64,000 bases of DNA from positions 21,886,001 to 21,950,000 of the forward strand of contig OZ281495.1 in assembly GCA_965637545.1 (NCBI GenBank). The letters run 5' to 3'. The notes under the pieces were generated by a model that was not told the origin of the DNA, did not search any database, and was given only the letters and a program-made list of their open reading frames with translations. The stretch's first letter is position 1; every line of letters begins with the position of its first letter. This document shows positions 24,765 to 34,896 of this stretch, one piece after another. The position numbers and the translations under genes are program-made. Origin of the DNA: Phallusia mammillata (taxonomy: Eukaryota).

Positions 24765-25284
24765 CAGGGATGGCGAACCACTGACCCGCGGGTCACAATG
24801 TGACCCACCACGTGAATTTCAGTGACCCACTTGTAGTTTCAAAATTGTATACTGATTACTAGTGGTAGGGTTACCAGACTTCCAAGAATAAAAAGCAACA
24901 CAACAGTTAACTTCAAGCCCTTTGTCAGATTGCCTATTGTCTTAAAATTCAGATTGTTTAGTCAATTGTGAGGCAACAAATATGTTTATTTAAACGTACA
25001 ACTTGTTGTAACTTTGTTGACGCTGTTCGGTTCAACATATTCATGCGAATCTTTGTTTTCACACAAGAATTTCATAAAATCAAGTGACAAGAATCGTCTC
25101 AGCTCAGATATGACTGCAGCGTGTTTTAACCTGAAAACTACCTAAGATTACAAGACTTTCAGAAAAAATGCAGCAACAAGCATCTTAGCATTGACATGTA
25201 ATAAAATATGTGACCCACTTTGTTTTCTTTCCGAATTTTGATATCATGGTTGACCCATTCAACTAAAAAGGTTCGCCATCCCTG
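24765..25284 (+). mobile_element. Internally deleted hAT element retaining a transposase C-terminal dimerization-domain relic
   Basis: 15-bp TIR CAGGGATGGCGAACC / GGTTCGCCATCCCTG; TSD TCCTATTC / TCCTATTT; about 25014-25145 translates LLTLFGSTYSCESLFSHKNFIKSSDKNRLS...* (hAT FGSTYxCExLFS motif). Confidence 0.88.
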
Positions 25285-25424
25285 TCCTATTTAATGTTAT
25301 TTGTTGAAGAAAAGAAAAGAAAGAGTAAATAGTGACTCAACAAAACTCAATAAATGAGGACTTAAAATAGTAAGTTCAATAAACTTTGCAAATTTCATTT
25401 AATTTCAACGTTTTTCAAAAATTC

Positions 25425-27250
25425 ACTTATTTTAGGGGGCTGTTGGGGAAACGTTTGAGATGAAGGGTAAAAAACACAACAATCAACATTTATAAATGGC
25501 AAATCCTACAAGCTATCAAAAGTTCATTCGATTTATAAATTGTTTAAAAAATAAACCCATTTTAGGGGGCTAGTGGAGTAATGTTTGGGCTACAAGGTAA
25601 AACACATCAATTCAAATCTACAAATAGCATATTGCCACCCAAATTTACCGTAATTTTCCGTGTATAATGCGCAAAATTTAATCAATTTATTGTCCTAAAA
25701 TCTAGGGTGCGCACTATGCATGGGTACAACAATTTTTGACGAAAATCTGCCTCGAAATAAAACTTGAAATCAGACCTTTCTTCTTGTTTGTTGTCAATCG
25801 CACATCACATTTAGCCATCCTGATTCCTGCCCAACACACTTAGTCAGTAAAATTCATAATCGTTTGATGTGATGGTGCAATCCTACACTGCCCATTCAGC
25901 GACAACGTAAATGGAGTGATGTCATTGCCGATATGCAACGGATCGAACTAAAATTTTGTATATAAGTTTGAATTTAATTATTCTGATTTTTAGGTATTTT
26001 AATCTGATACTTATAAATCTTCATTTGTGTTTTAAAATAAAAATGTTCTCTGCCAGTATTAAGATCAGTTCCGCTTGAACGCGACCAGTAAGATCTCGTT
26101 TGCTGTCACGATGTACCCTACACAAATCCTAAACATTTTTCGCTATCGAGTTTGCGAGCGCATGCGCAGTGATACTGACCGGCAGAATAACATCCGGTTG
26201 TTTCAAAAGATAATCTTTTTTCTGAAATAATTTTACGTTTACGGACTTAAGTAAGAGTCAAAAGTTTGGTTGCGTATTATACATGGGTACAGGCTTTTTT
26301 CCAGCATCGACATGCCATTTTTAGGGTGCGTATTATGCACGGGTGCGCACTATACTTGGAAAATTACGGTAAGTCAATTCCGACACTGTTTTATCAACTC
26401 ACCCATTTTAGGGGGCTAGTGGGTTGAAATTGGGGCTACAAAGTTGAACACAACAATAAGCTCCTATGAATGGTAAATTCTACAAGCTGTCCAAATTTCA
26501 GCCAATTATGAAACAGTTTAAACAACTGACCCAATTTAGGGGGCGAGTAGGGTAACTAATGAGGTTTGACACACAAACTAAAAAAATATGAAACCACAAA
26601 GACTCAATCAACAGAACTGCGAAATTTCAGCCCAATTCGCTAATGTTTAATTTGATCCCTAATCCACTAATGTTTATTTTGACCACTAGAGGTGTTTTAG
26701 CAACAACTGTTAATGTTTCAGAGGCCAGAGGGGGCAAAAACGTCTACCAAGCAACCCACATACACGAGTAACATACAACTGGTTGTCCATGTAACACTAT
26801 CACGCCACAGAAATCTTTCGTTTGTGGTGCCCAATAAAATATAAATACATTTTACACTTTGGGGGCTAGTGGGGTAAATGTTGGGGCTACAGGGTTAAAC
26901 ACAACTCTGACACTGTTTGAAAACGTACTCATTTTAGGGGACTAGCGAGGAAAATTCTGGGGTTATTTATCAACACAAACAAAGTGGGATGTACATCTAC
27001 ATCACTCTATTCACTATATATGTAAGTTTCAGCCAAATCTATCAAACACTTGATGGCAAAACAAGTCGTACAAACTTTGGGAAGATAAAAAAACACTATA
27101 GGGGACTAGCGGGGAAAATACTGGGGTTATCAACACAAACAAAGTGGGATGCACACCTACATAACTATATCTACCATCTGTGCAAGTTTCATCCAAATCC
27201 ATCAACCATTTGATGGCAAAACGAGTCGGACAAACTTTGGGAAGAAAAAA
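25425..27250 (+). repeat. Degenerate tandem repeat array (about 130-170 bp units, core TTTTAGGGGGCTAGTGGG)
   Basis: Core recurs near 25430, 25556, 26402, 26531, 26858, 26930 and 27098; the last two units are very similar; array is interrupted by the 25648-26369 MITE. Confidence 0.7.
25648..26369. mobile_element. TA-flanked MITE (Tc1/mariner-pogo-like)
   Basis: TA-CCGTAATTTTCC...TATAATGCGCA and TGCGCACTATA...GGAAAATTACGG-TA inverted termini; subterminal GGGTGCG repeats. Confidence 0.8.
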
Positions 27251-27972
27251 CAAGAAAAACAAAACATACAAACAATTAGAGTAAAATCAATATGTGTCCA
27301 TAATAACACTTTTAGAGAAAAAAAAAACATATTCAGTGGCAGTAAACTGTTTAAATTAAGAAAAGTCAAGTTTATAATACACTTTATGCAGGCATCCAGT
27401 TGACACAAAGTGTAACAAGTACTACAATATTCTTAAAGAATCACAAAATAACATTACTGGATAGCATTTAGATAGTTATTATTTTTGAACTCAATTATAC
27501 AAGTTAGCATGATATGTCATCACAATTAGGTGTTATACCTTATTTCTGAATAATACTCAGACATGTTTACTAATGTAATTTTAAACAAAGAGGTGTATGC
27601 CTAGTGCAAAACTGCTCCAATAAAACATACCAGTAATACTCTTGGCAGCCAATTGAATTTAATTTAACATGAATCATGCACCCCTTAAGTCTTTTCTTTA
27701 TATATTTTTTATTTATAAAGCTACATTAAATAATGAAGCAAATTTGTAAATGTCATTTAGCTTTGTGTACTATTTGGGCCTAAATTGAGTTTATTTTGCT
27801 TGGTGAAAGGAAACATAATGACACAATAACACTAAGAAATTCACCAAACTGGAAATAGCTGCGCAACATTAAAATGTTATGGAGTGCAAAACAATTGGTA
27901 AATCATGGAGCTACATTGTATGAAAGGTGCTGGGGGTCAAGAAAGTAAGGTTGGTACATTATTGGTAACCAC

Positions 27973-28694
27973 TAGGGTTTCTCAAATTTGCCACTTTGGC
28001 TTATCCTATGATTCCGGGACAAAAACAACCTTAATCCCGGGATCCCGGGAAACCCCGGGATTTTATTCGATTTTTGTCAAATTTAAAACATGTTTGTTTG
28101 CTTCATTTTTTAATGTTAGTGGGCCGGCTAAGCATAAATGCATTATGTTCACGAGGCCGCTGTAGAGCTGCCTGTTATATTCCAAGTTTAAAAATATTTT
28201 TACAATTAAAATTATTTTTTGTTAATTGAAATCAGTTTTCCATTAGGGCGGTTGATGAGTCCAATTTAGTTCAACTCATTATGTTCCACTGGGTTGGGGC
28301 AATGCCGCTCAAGTTTTTTGCTCAGGGAAACAAAGCTACCGAGATAGGATTAGAACCCACAAGCTTGTGACACACGTCGATGGTGCTATAACCACTCGGC
28401 CATCTTGGAATTTTTAAAGAGAGAGCTATAACGTGAATTTGACAAACTAAATAGCTATAACGTGGGTTCTAACACTGTTGTAATGTTCGCAACAACAGAA
28501 TTATTTATCATTCCTGTTTGAATTGTTACATGAAACCTCGGGAAATCCTTTAATTCACGGAAACCCTGTGGGTTTCGCACCCCTGGTTGAAGAGTGCAAC
28601 TTAAAAAGCAATCAAATTTTGTCCCGGGATAAAGAGAAAATCCCGGGATAGATTTTTTGCCGAAATTGTCCGGGATCCCGGGAAAGAAACTCTA
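27973..28694. mobile_element. Non-autonomous hAT-type element containing a SINE
   Basis: TIR TAGGGTTTCT / AGAAACTCTA; perfect TSD GTAACCAC; subterminal ATCCCGGGA repeats at both ends. Confidence 0.85.
28230..28409 (-). mobile_element. tRNA-derived SINE, copy A
   Basis: Minus strand starts TCCAAGATGGCCGAGTGG (Pol III A box) ... GGTTCTAATCC (B box), then TTTCCCTGAGCAAAAAACTTGAGCGGCATTGC, shared with the copy at 36752-37370. Confidence 0.75.
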
Positions 28695-30852
28695 GTAACC
28701 ACAACTAGGAGGATGTTTATGGGACCAGGGGCCCTAAAAACTAACACCTCATGTTAGGGAAAGTGGGCTGGTTCAACAAAACCACCAAAAAAAGAAACTC
28801 GGTTGGAATGTTTTAAGCGGGTAGGAAGAACACACATAAAAAGTAGTTACAATTAAATACTACACTTTGAACTATCATTGACCTATATAACAATGTAGTC
28901 CCACCTCAACTGTGCCATTTTCTGCGTAGTAATTTTTAATTAACTTGGTACAACTTTGTTATGTTTAAATGCCTGTTTTGGCCAGTGGTTACTGTTGTAT
29001 CTATCAACAAATGTAAATTTTGTGTTACATTCAACAAATGTAAAATTAAGTATATTCCTACAATACAAAATCCTAGCAGTTTTGGAGTTAGGATACGTAC
29101 AATGTTTGGAAAAAATGTCAGTTTTGATGTTAGAATTTGGCACATGGAAGTACGTTTTGTTTTAGCAATACGTTGCAACAATAGATTACAAATTAAAAAT
29201 TGTTGGTACACACAAGTTTATTCACCAACCTTAAATCTTAGAAAGTCGTGAACTTGTATTGAGCTTTAGGTGAAAACCAACCTCCAAAAGTTGAGTGTTT
29301 CCAGGAGATGAATTTCACAGTGCTGTTTGCCTTACTAGCCACCCTCCAACTGTTAGTTGTTGTTGATGATGTTGACCAAACCGCGGGAAGCATTCTGATT
29401 GGCAAATGCAAAAATATGGTATCCTGGCAAATCGAAATAGAAAGTAAATTAGAGAAACAATGTATGGTATTAGCATAGATTACTTACAAGTTATCTATGG
29501 TGTTAGGTTTCTCTGTCGCTCATTAAATACCAATTTAGTCTTCATAGTGCTATAGCTAGATTTCTTGTGAAATAAAACAAACATAATTTGATAAAAAAAT
29601 AGGAAAAAATACCATACAGCATATTGGCCAATAATATATCCAGCATCAGAGGCGAGCATGATCCAAGCTTAGTATGGCAGCTGGCAAGGTGCACCAACCG
29701 ACTGACCGCAGGCCTAAATCTATTTGGTACTAACATACAAGAAAACATAGAGCTTGAGTTTTCCCGCAACAAATTGTAGGATTAATTTCACCTAGTTTCG
29801 CAGGACGCATCAAAGTGATTTAAGCGGTTAAACCAACTCCACCACATCATGATGATTATATTACCCTCGGAGATATCAGTTAGATTGTATGTAGTATCTA
29901 TGGTTAGATATATTTTTGGTAGTTTTTATTTATATTTCTTTGTTTTTGTTATCTACCACTATATCTTGTCACAATGCTGATCCAGTCACGGCGCCACTCG
30001 TGCGGTTCTTTTGCAAGAGTTTTTCCGTTTTTGCATCAATGCAGTACAACGTATTCCAAGAAAACCAAGATTTATGTGCCGAAGCAACGTTCTACAACAA
30101 CAAAATAAAACAAGTTCTCGGCCCACTCCCCACTTAAAAACTATACCATTCCAGTTGTAAAACATCTCTAACGGGTCGATCCTGTCCCCGGGACATGTTG
30201 AACATCACGTAACCGCTATCGTCAAAGAACAAACGTTACGATTGTTAAAAAGATGAAAAACTGTACCTGTTTCACTTTACCAAAATACCACACAAATATT
30301 TTATTGCAGCGTAAAAAATTACGTAATATCTGAAATTGCATACAGTGGTAACAACTCACGCCACATGTTTATTACAGTTTTGCAATCGAGCCCAGTCACC
30401 GGGGTTTACGAAGACCAATGGCGTCCTGGCAAACTGGACTGTGCCTAATACAGCTCGGTAAAACATCCGTTACGAAAACATGAAAAGCACAAATAGGCAA
30501 ATTTCTGAATCGTAATTCAATTGCACTTCAAATTGTCGTCGATTAAACTTTGCCCCCGCCCCCTCAAGAATTTGCACCAACCAATAGGATTTCACAGCAT
30601 AGCCAGTCAAGTTTCGTGCTTAGCGAAACACAAATGGTCAAGACAGGATTAGACCTGATAACCTAGTTTGAAAATTACTGCGCCAAAGCAGCAACAAAAC
30701 CCACAAAACAGCAAAATGCACTTGACAAATAAAGGTGGAAATTGTAAATAAAATTTTGGTAAAATGAAAGCTTTGGCTCAGTTTAATTATGTCTGGCATA
30801 TGTAGAAGAATGATGTTAGTTTTTTTTCAAGTCCTTATATTGAGATAAGCAA

Positions 30853-33073
30853 TTACAGTCGGGACAAATAATAAGCTTCAGGTACTATAAGATTTTGTCC
30901 CTCTTGCAGCTCCTTGATAGACCTACAACCTAAAAACATACATGTCACATGTACAACACACAGATATTGCCAATTAAAACAGTTTTATGGATTTTGAATA
31001 TTGCAAAACCACATAATAGCAAAAAATCATACCCATTAGCTGCAAGGAATTCTTGAATTCATCTTTAAGCATTGACAAAACTGTCCTAACACCTTCTTCA
31101 CCCTTAAGTTAAAATTTTATGTATTTTTATGAGCTAACAAAAATACTGACCAAAGCAAAAAAAACTTCAACATTTAACCCTGTAAACACTCACATTGTAT
31201 GCTAGACCCCACAGCACTGGTCTTCCAATGAAAACAGCCTTTGCCCCAAGAGCAATTGCCTTTAGGACATCTGTACCACTTCTCACACCTCCATCCAAGT
31301 ACACCTCACATCTACCATTTACTGCATTTACCACTTCAGGTAGTGCATCAATCTATAGAAATGCAATTGCACATGCTTTTAGAGATGGCGGGTAAGTGAT
31401 TTTAGCAACTCATAAGCTATGGCTGTGCACCAATATTAGGTTTTAATTAAAATCTTTTATTAGGCTTAATCTGGTAAATGCGTCATTATAAATACAAACT
31501 CTTAGAAGAAATGCAGCCAATACTTTAGCAAGGGATAAAAAACCTTTGTAGTAACAGAACTGAAGTTGGCTTATGTCAGAGTTTTTAGAACTGTGATTTC
31601 GTGCACCAGTTCAATATTAAAAGCACAGTTATGATCCATGCCAACCAACCGTTGCTGGTACACCATCCAACTGGCGAGCACCATGGTTGGAAACCACAAT
31701 TCCATCAACTCCGTGGGCTACTGCTTTTAATGCCATCTCACCTTATACACATATGCAAAATAAAGCCAACAGGTAAGTTCAAAGAATATCCATCAATCAA
31801 AGTTATAAAAAAATCATAAACCAGGAAAGCAGTAAAATACTTTACTTGTCACTATCCCTTTTAGGACCACAGGCATTTTGGTAATCTTCTTTAACCATTT
31901 TACATCAGACCACTGTAGCGAAGGGTCAATCATAGAGTTTACATAGTCAGAAAGGCCAGAGTTGTCACTACTCTTTACCCCACTTGCTTGTTCATGGACT
32001 TCAAAATTTGCAAGTCTAAGAATCATAAACATATTTTTATGGCAAAAATCAACATGCTGTCATCCAGTATGTTTTAATGACAGCTTTGAGGTCTGTTAGA
32101 CATTTGAACCTACTTTAAATTTGAAGGAAGAGAAAAATGATTTTTGACATCTTTGTATCTTTGGCCAAGGACAGGAGTGTCGACCGTTAAAAATACACCC
32201 TTGAAACCACATTTTTCTGCTCTTTTTACAATTTGTTTTGTTACTTCTCTATCCTGGATTAAGTGCAACAAAAATTACTTTTTTCTTACCACACCAATAC
32301 TGTACCAGTTAAAATTTCTACTCAAGGTAATTAACATGTACGGTAATTTATATTTAAGGATGCAAATACATATTCTTTAAGTTTTACCTTGTATATATAG
32401 AGCTGCATCCATTTTAATGAATTTCCAGTTTCTGTGGCAACCTCTTCAATACTGGTTGTTGCCCATGTACTAAGCATAAAACCTGAACCAACTGATGCTG
32501 CAGCTGCCAAGGATAAAAAATGTCATACAGTACTTAAACTCAGAATTATGTATACATTGTCAATCATTTAAAAGAAAACCAAATGCATAAAACCAAAAAC
32601 GAAAAAAATATCCTCCGCGCAAAAAAAACAACTTTCCAATCTGGAACAAACCTTTTGCAGCAGCAATTTCACCACATGGGTCTGCCATTTTGTTCATTGC
32701 TGTGGATGCAATGCATATGGGTATGTCAACTTTTTGACCAAGAACTGAGGTTGAAATATCAACACATGAAACATCATTTAAAACCTTGGGTCGTAAGCGA
32801 TACCTGAAAACAAAGTGTAAAAAAGGAAGCAAAAATCACTATTATATATATATATTGAACAATCTATGCCACGTACCTTTTGAATGCCATGCAGTTGTCG
32901 TGTAGTGTTTGCTCATCTGTTGCGCCACTACTGTAATAATCCCAAGCATTTTTAGTCAAACTTTCCTTTGCCAACTGTTCAAAATCCTGGATGCAGACAG
33001 GTTTTGATGCCCCCAAGCCCAAAGGTTTAAAACCAACCCAGGGTAAATTAGTATGATCTGATTGATCGTCCAT
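30853..33073 (-). CDS. HAO1: FMN-dependent 2-hydroxyacid (glycolate) oxidase, peroxisomal
   Basis: Exons encode [70 protein letters not shown]...[46 protein letters not shown]; C-terminus YLSRL* is a PTS1. HAO1 versus HAO2 orthology not resolved; start Met inferred. Confidence 0.9.
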
Positions 33074-33525
33074 TGATACCGAACACAACTTTAAAGACAA
33101 ATGAGCCAACTGATAATACTCATATTTTTGTCTCTCCCATGCCGATGTTAATGTTTACAAACGTTGTTTATCCAACCGTGAAAGAGTAAAAACTTTGAAG
33201 GTTTAACTTTTTGCATTCGCTGGCAGTAAATTGTCAAATTTTTAACAAAAAAATGATATAAAACATTCTGATACAAGCACTTATTTTTTTACTTAACATT
33301 GTATCAAGATTTTCCAAAAATGTATGTACTAACATAGAGATCTCCATGACGTATTTATTGCAGTTTTTGTTCCGCATGATTAACTCACGTGGAGGTAAAG
33401 ACAAGAAAAGTCACAAAACAAATCACTTTACTTTAGCATCAGTCTTTTTACAACTGAAGTGTTTTGTGCGGTATATCTGTAAAAAAAATTGTAGTGTTGA
33501 TGTACTGTAACATTAAACAGGTGGT
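33074..33525. promoter_or_regulatory. Probable bidirectional promoter region between HAO and ZNHIT2
   Basis: Divergent start codons about 450 bp apart; CACGTG E-box near 33386. Confidence 0.4.
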
Positions 33526-34713
33526 ATGGAGACCGATCTAGATTCAAAGCCTTTGTGTTCCGTTTGTAAATTAAAAGAATTTAAATATACCTGTCCGAGA
33601 TGTAACATACAATACTGCTCCACCTCTTGCTACAAAGCTCCTGGTCATTTTGCTTGCTCAGAATCATTTTATCAGGAATGGTTTGTTCAAGAAATGAAAG
33701 AGCGCAAAGTTTCCTTTAGCGAACAAGAAAGAGTTTTGTCAATGTTGCAAAGAGTTGAAGAAGAGACTCCAATTGATGAATATATGGATCAGACTTCAAC
33801 CCTTGAGGAAAGACTTCAGGCATTAAACTTAAGTAGTCTCAAAGAAAAAGACACAGAAAAACTTTGGGATATTCTTACACCAGACGAAAGGGAACGGTTT
33901 AAAGCCGCTGTACAAAAAGGAGAAATTTATGATTCCTCTGGCTGTTCATTAACACAGCCATGGAAACCTTGGTGGACAACAGCTAAAAGCTTGATAGAAG
34001 ACATTAACAAGCTAAAAGATATTTCTTCGGCCCTTTGTCCAAAAATCATCAAAGTGCCCGAACTTATGTCTTTGTTGCCAAAAGGCAAAAATCTATCACC
34101 ATTGGTTGCATTCAACCTTGTTAACACACTATACCCTTATGTTTTATTTCAACGATTATATAATGGTTGTGGTACTAGTGATTTTGTCAAAGATTTTAGT
34201 TGTTGCTGCATTAAAGCGTCACTTTTTCTTGACCAGAATCAAACTTTTTTGAATGCTGAAGAGGCCTTAAACAGTGCCATTAGGTTTTCAGCAGATACAT
34301 GTCAAAATGAACATATTTCTGTAAAGGAAGCAGCACTGACAGAAACAATAAAAGATGTAGGTCAAATTTTAACTGGACCTGCAGAGGACAAAATGTCTGA
34401 CTATATATGCTCTGCTTTGTCTGATTTACACTTTGCATGCAGTACACATAAAAGAAGTTTAAAGAAGAACTCAAATACAAATCAGGGTGATGGATATACA
34501 AGTGCAAAGCAATTGTTTTCTATCATAAAAAAGTTGGAGTTTCTTATTTCATGGAGCTCCCATCAGAATGCATGTCTTCCTCTCCTTGCAATGGAAGTTT
34601 TTGAAATATACAAACAAAAGAAAGCGGAATTAAAGGCTTTTTTGGAAATAAGTCAATCCGTAGTACGCAAACCTAACACACCAAAACCGCCACTCATTCA
34701 GGAAATAAATTAA
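33526..34713 (+). CDS. ZNHIT2: Zinc finger HIT domain-containing protein 2 (intronless CDS)
   Basis: 395-aa ORF with N-terminal zf-HIT CSVC...YTCPRCNIQYCSTSCYK..H..CSESFY, then LWDILTPDERERF, WKPWW and C-terminal KKLEFLISW...PLIQEI, typical of ZNHIT2. Confidence 0.9.
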   Translation: METDLDSKPLCSVCKLKEFKYTCPRCNIQYCSTSCYKAPGHFACSESFYQEWFVQEMKERKVSFSEQERVLSMLQRVEEETPIDEYMDQTSTLEERLQALNLSSLKEKDTEKLWDILTPDERERFKAAVQKGEIYDSSGCSLTQPWKPWWTTAKSLIEDINKLKDISSALCPKIIKVPELMSLLPKGKNLSPLVAFNLVNTLYPYVLFQRLYNGCGTSDFVKDFSCCCIKASLFLDQNQTFLNAEEALNSAIRFSADTCQNEHISVKEAALTETIKDVGQILTGPAEDKMSDYICSALSDLHFACSTHKRSLKKNSNTNQGDGYTSAKQLFSIIKKLEFLISWSSHQNACLPLLAMEVFEIYKQKKAELKAFLEISQSVVRKPNTPKPPLIQEIN

Positions 34714-34896
34714 TTGATTTTTTCTTTCTTTATACTTATGTTGGACCCCTACTGTGTCTTTTGTTTCATCACATACATTGCCATCATCTGTAAAGTTTTA
34801 TGATCATCATAAATTATCATGTTTGTATGTTACCGTTTTATTGCATTTGCTTATATGCATATCTTCTTTTCTTTAAAGGAGGTTTATGATAAAACT

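Noticed and set aside
25425-27250. CRISPR-like array
   Set aside because: Eukaryotic context, degenerate units with homologous rather than unique spacers, and no cas genes
28335-28409. Possible tRNA gene on the minus strand
   Set aside because: A and B boxes are present but the cloverleaf is poor, and the downstream body is shared with a second dispersed copy, so it is better explained as a SINE head
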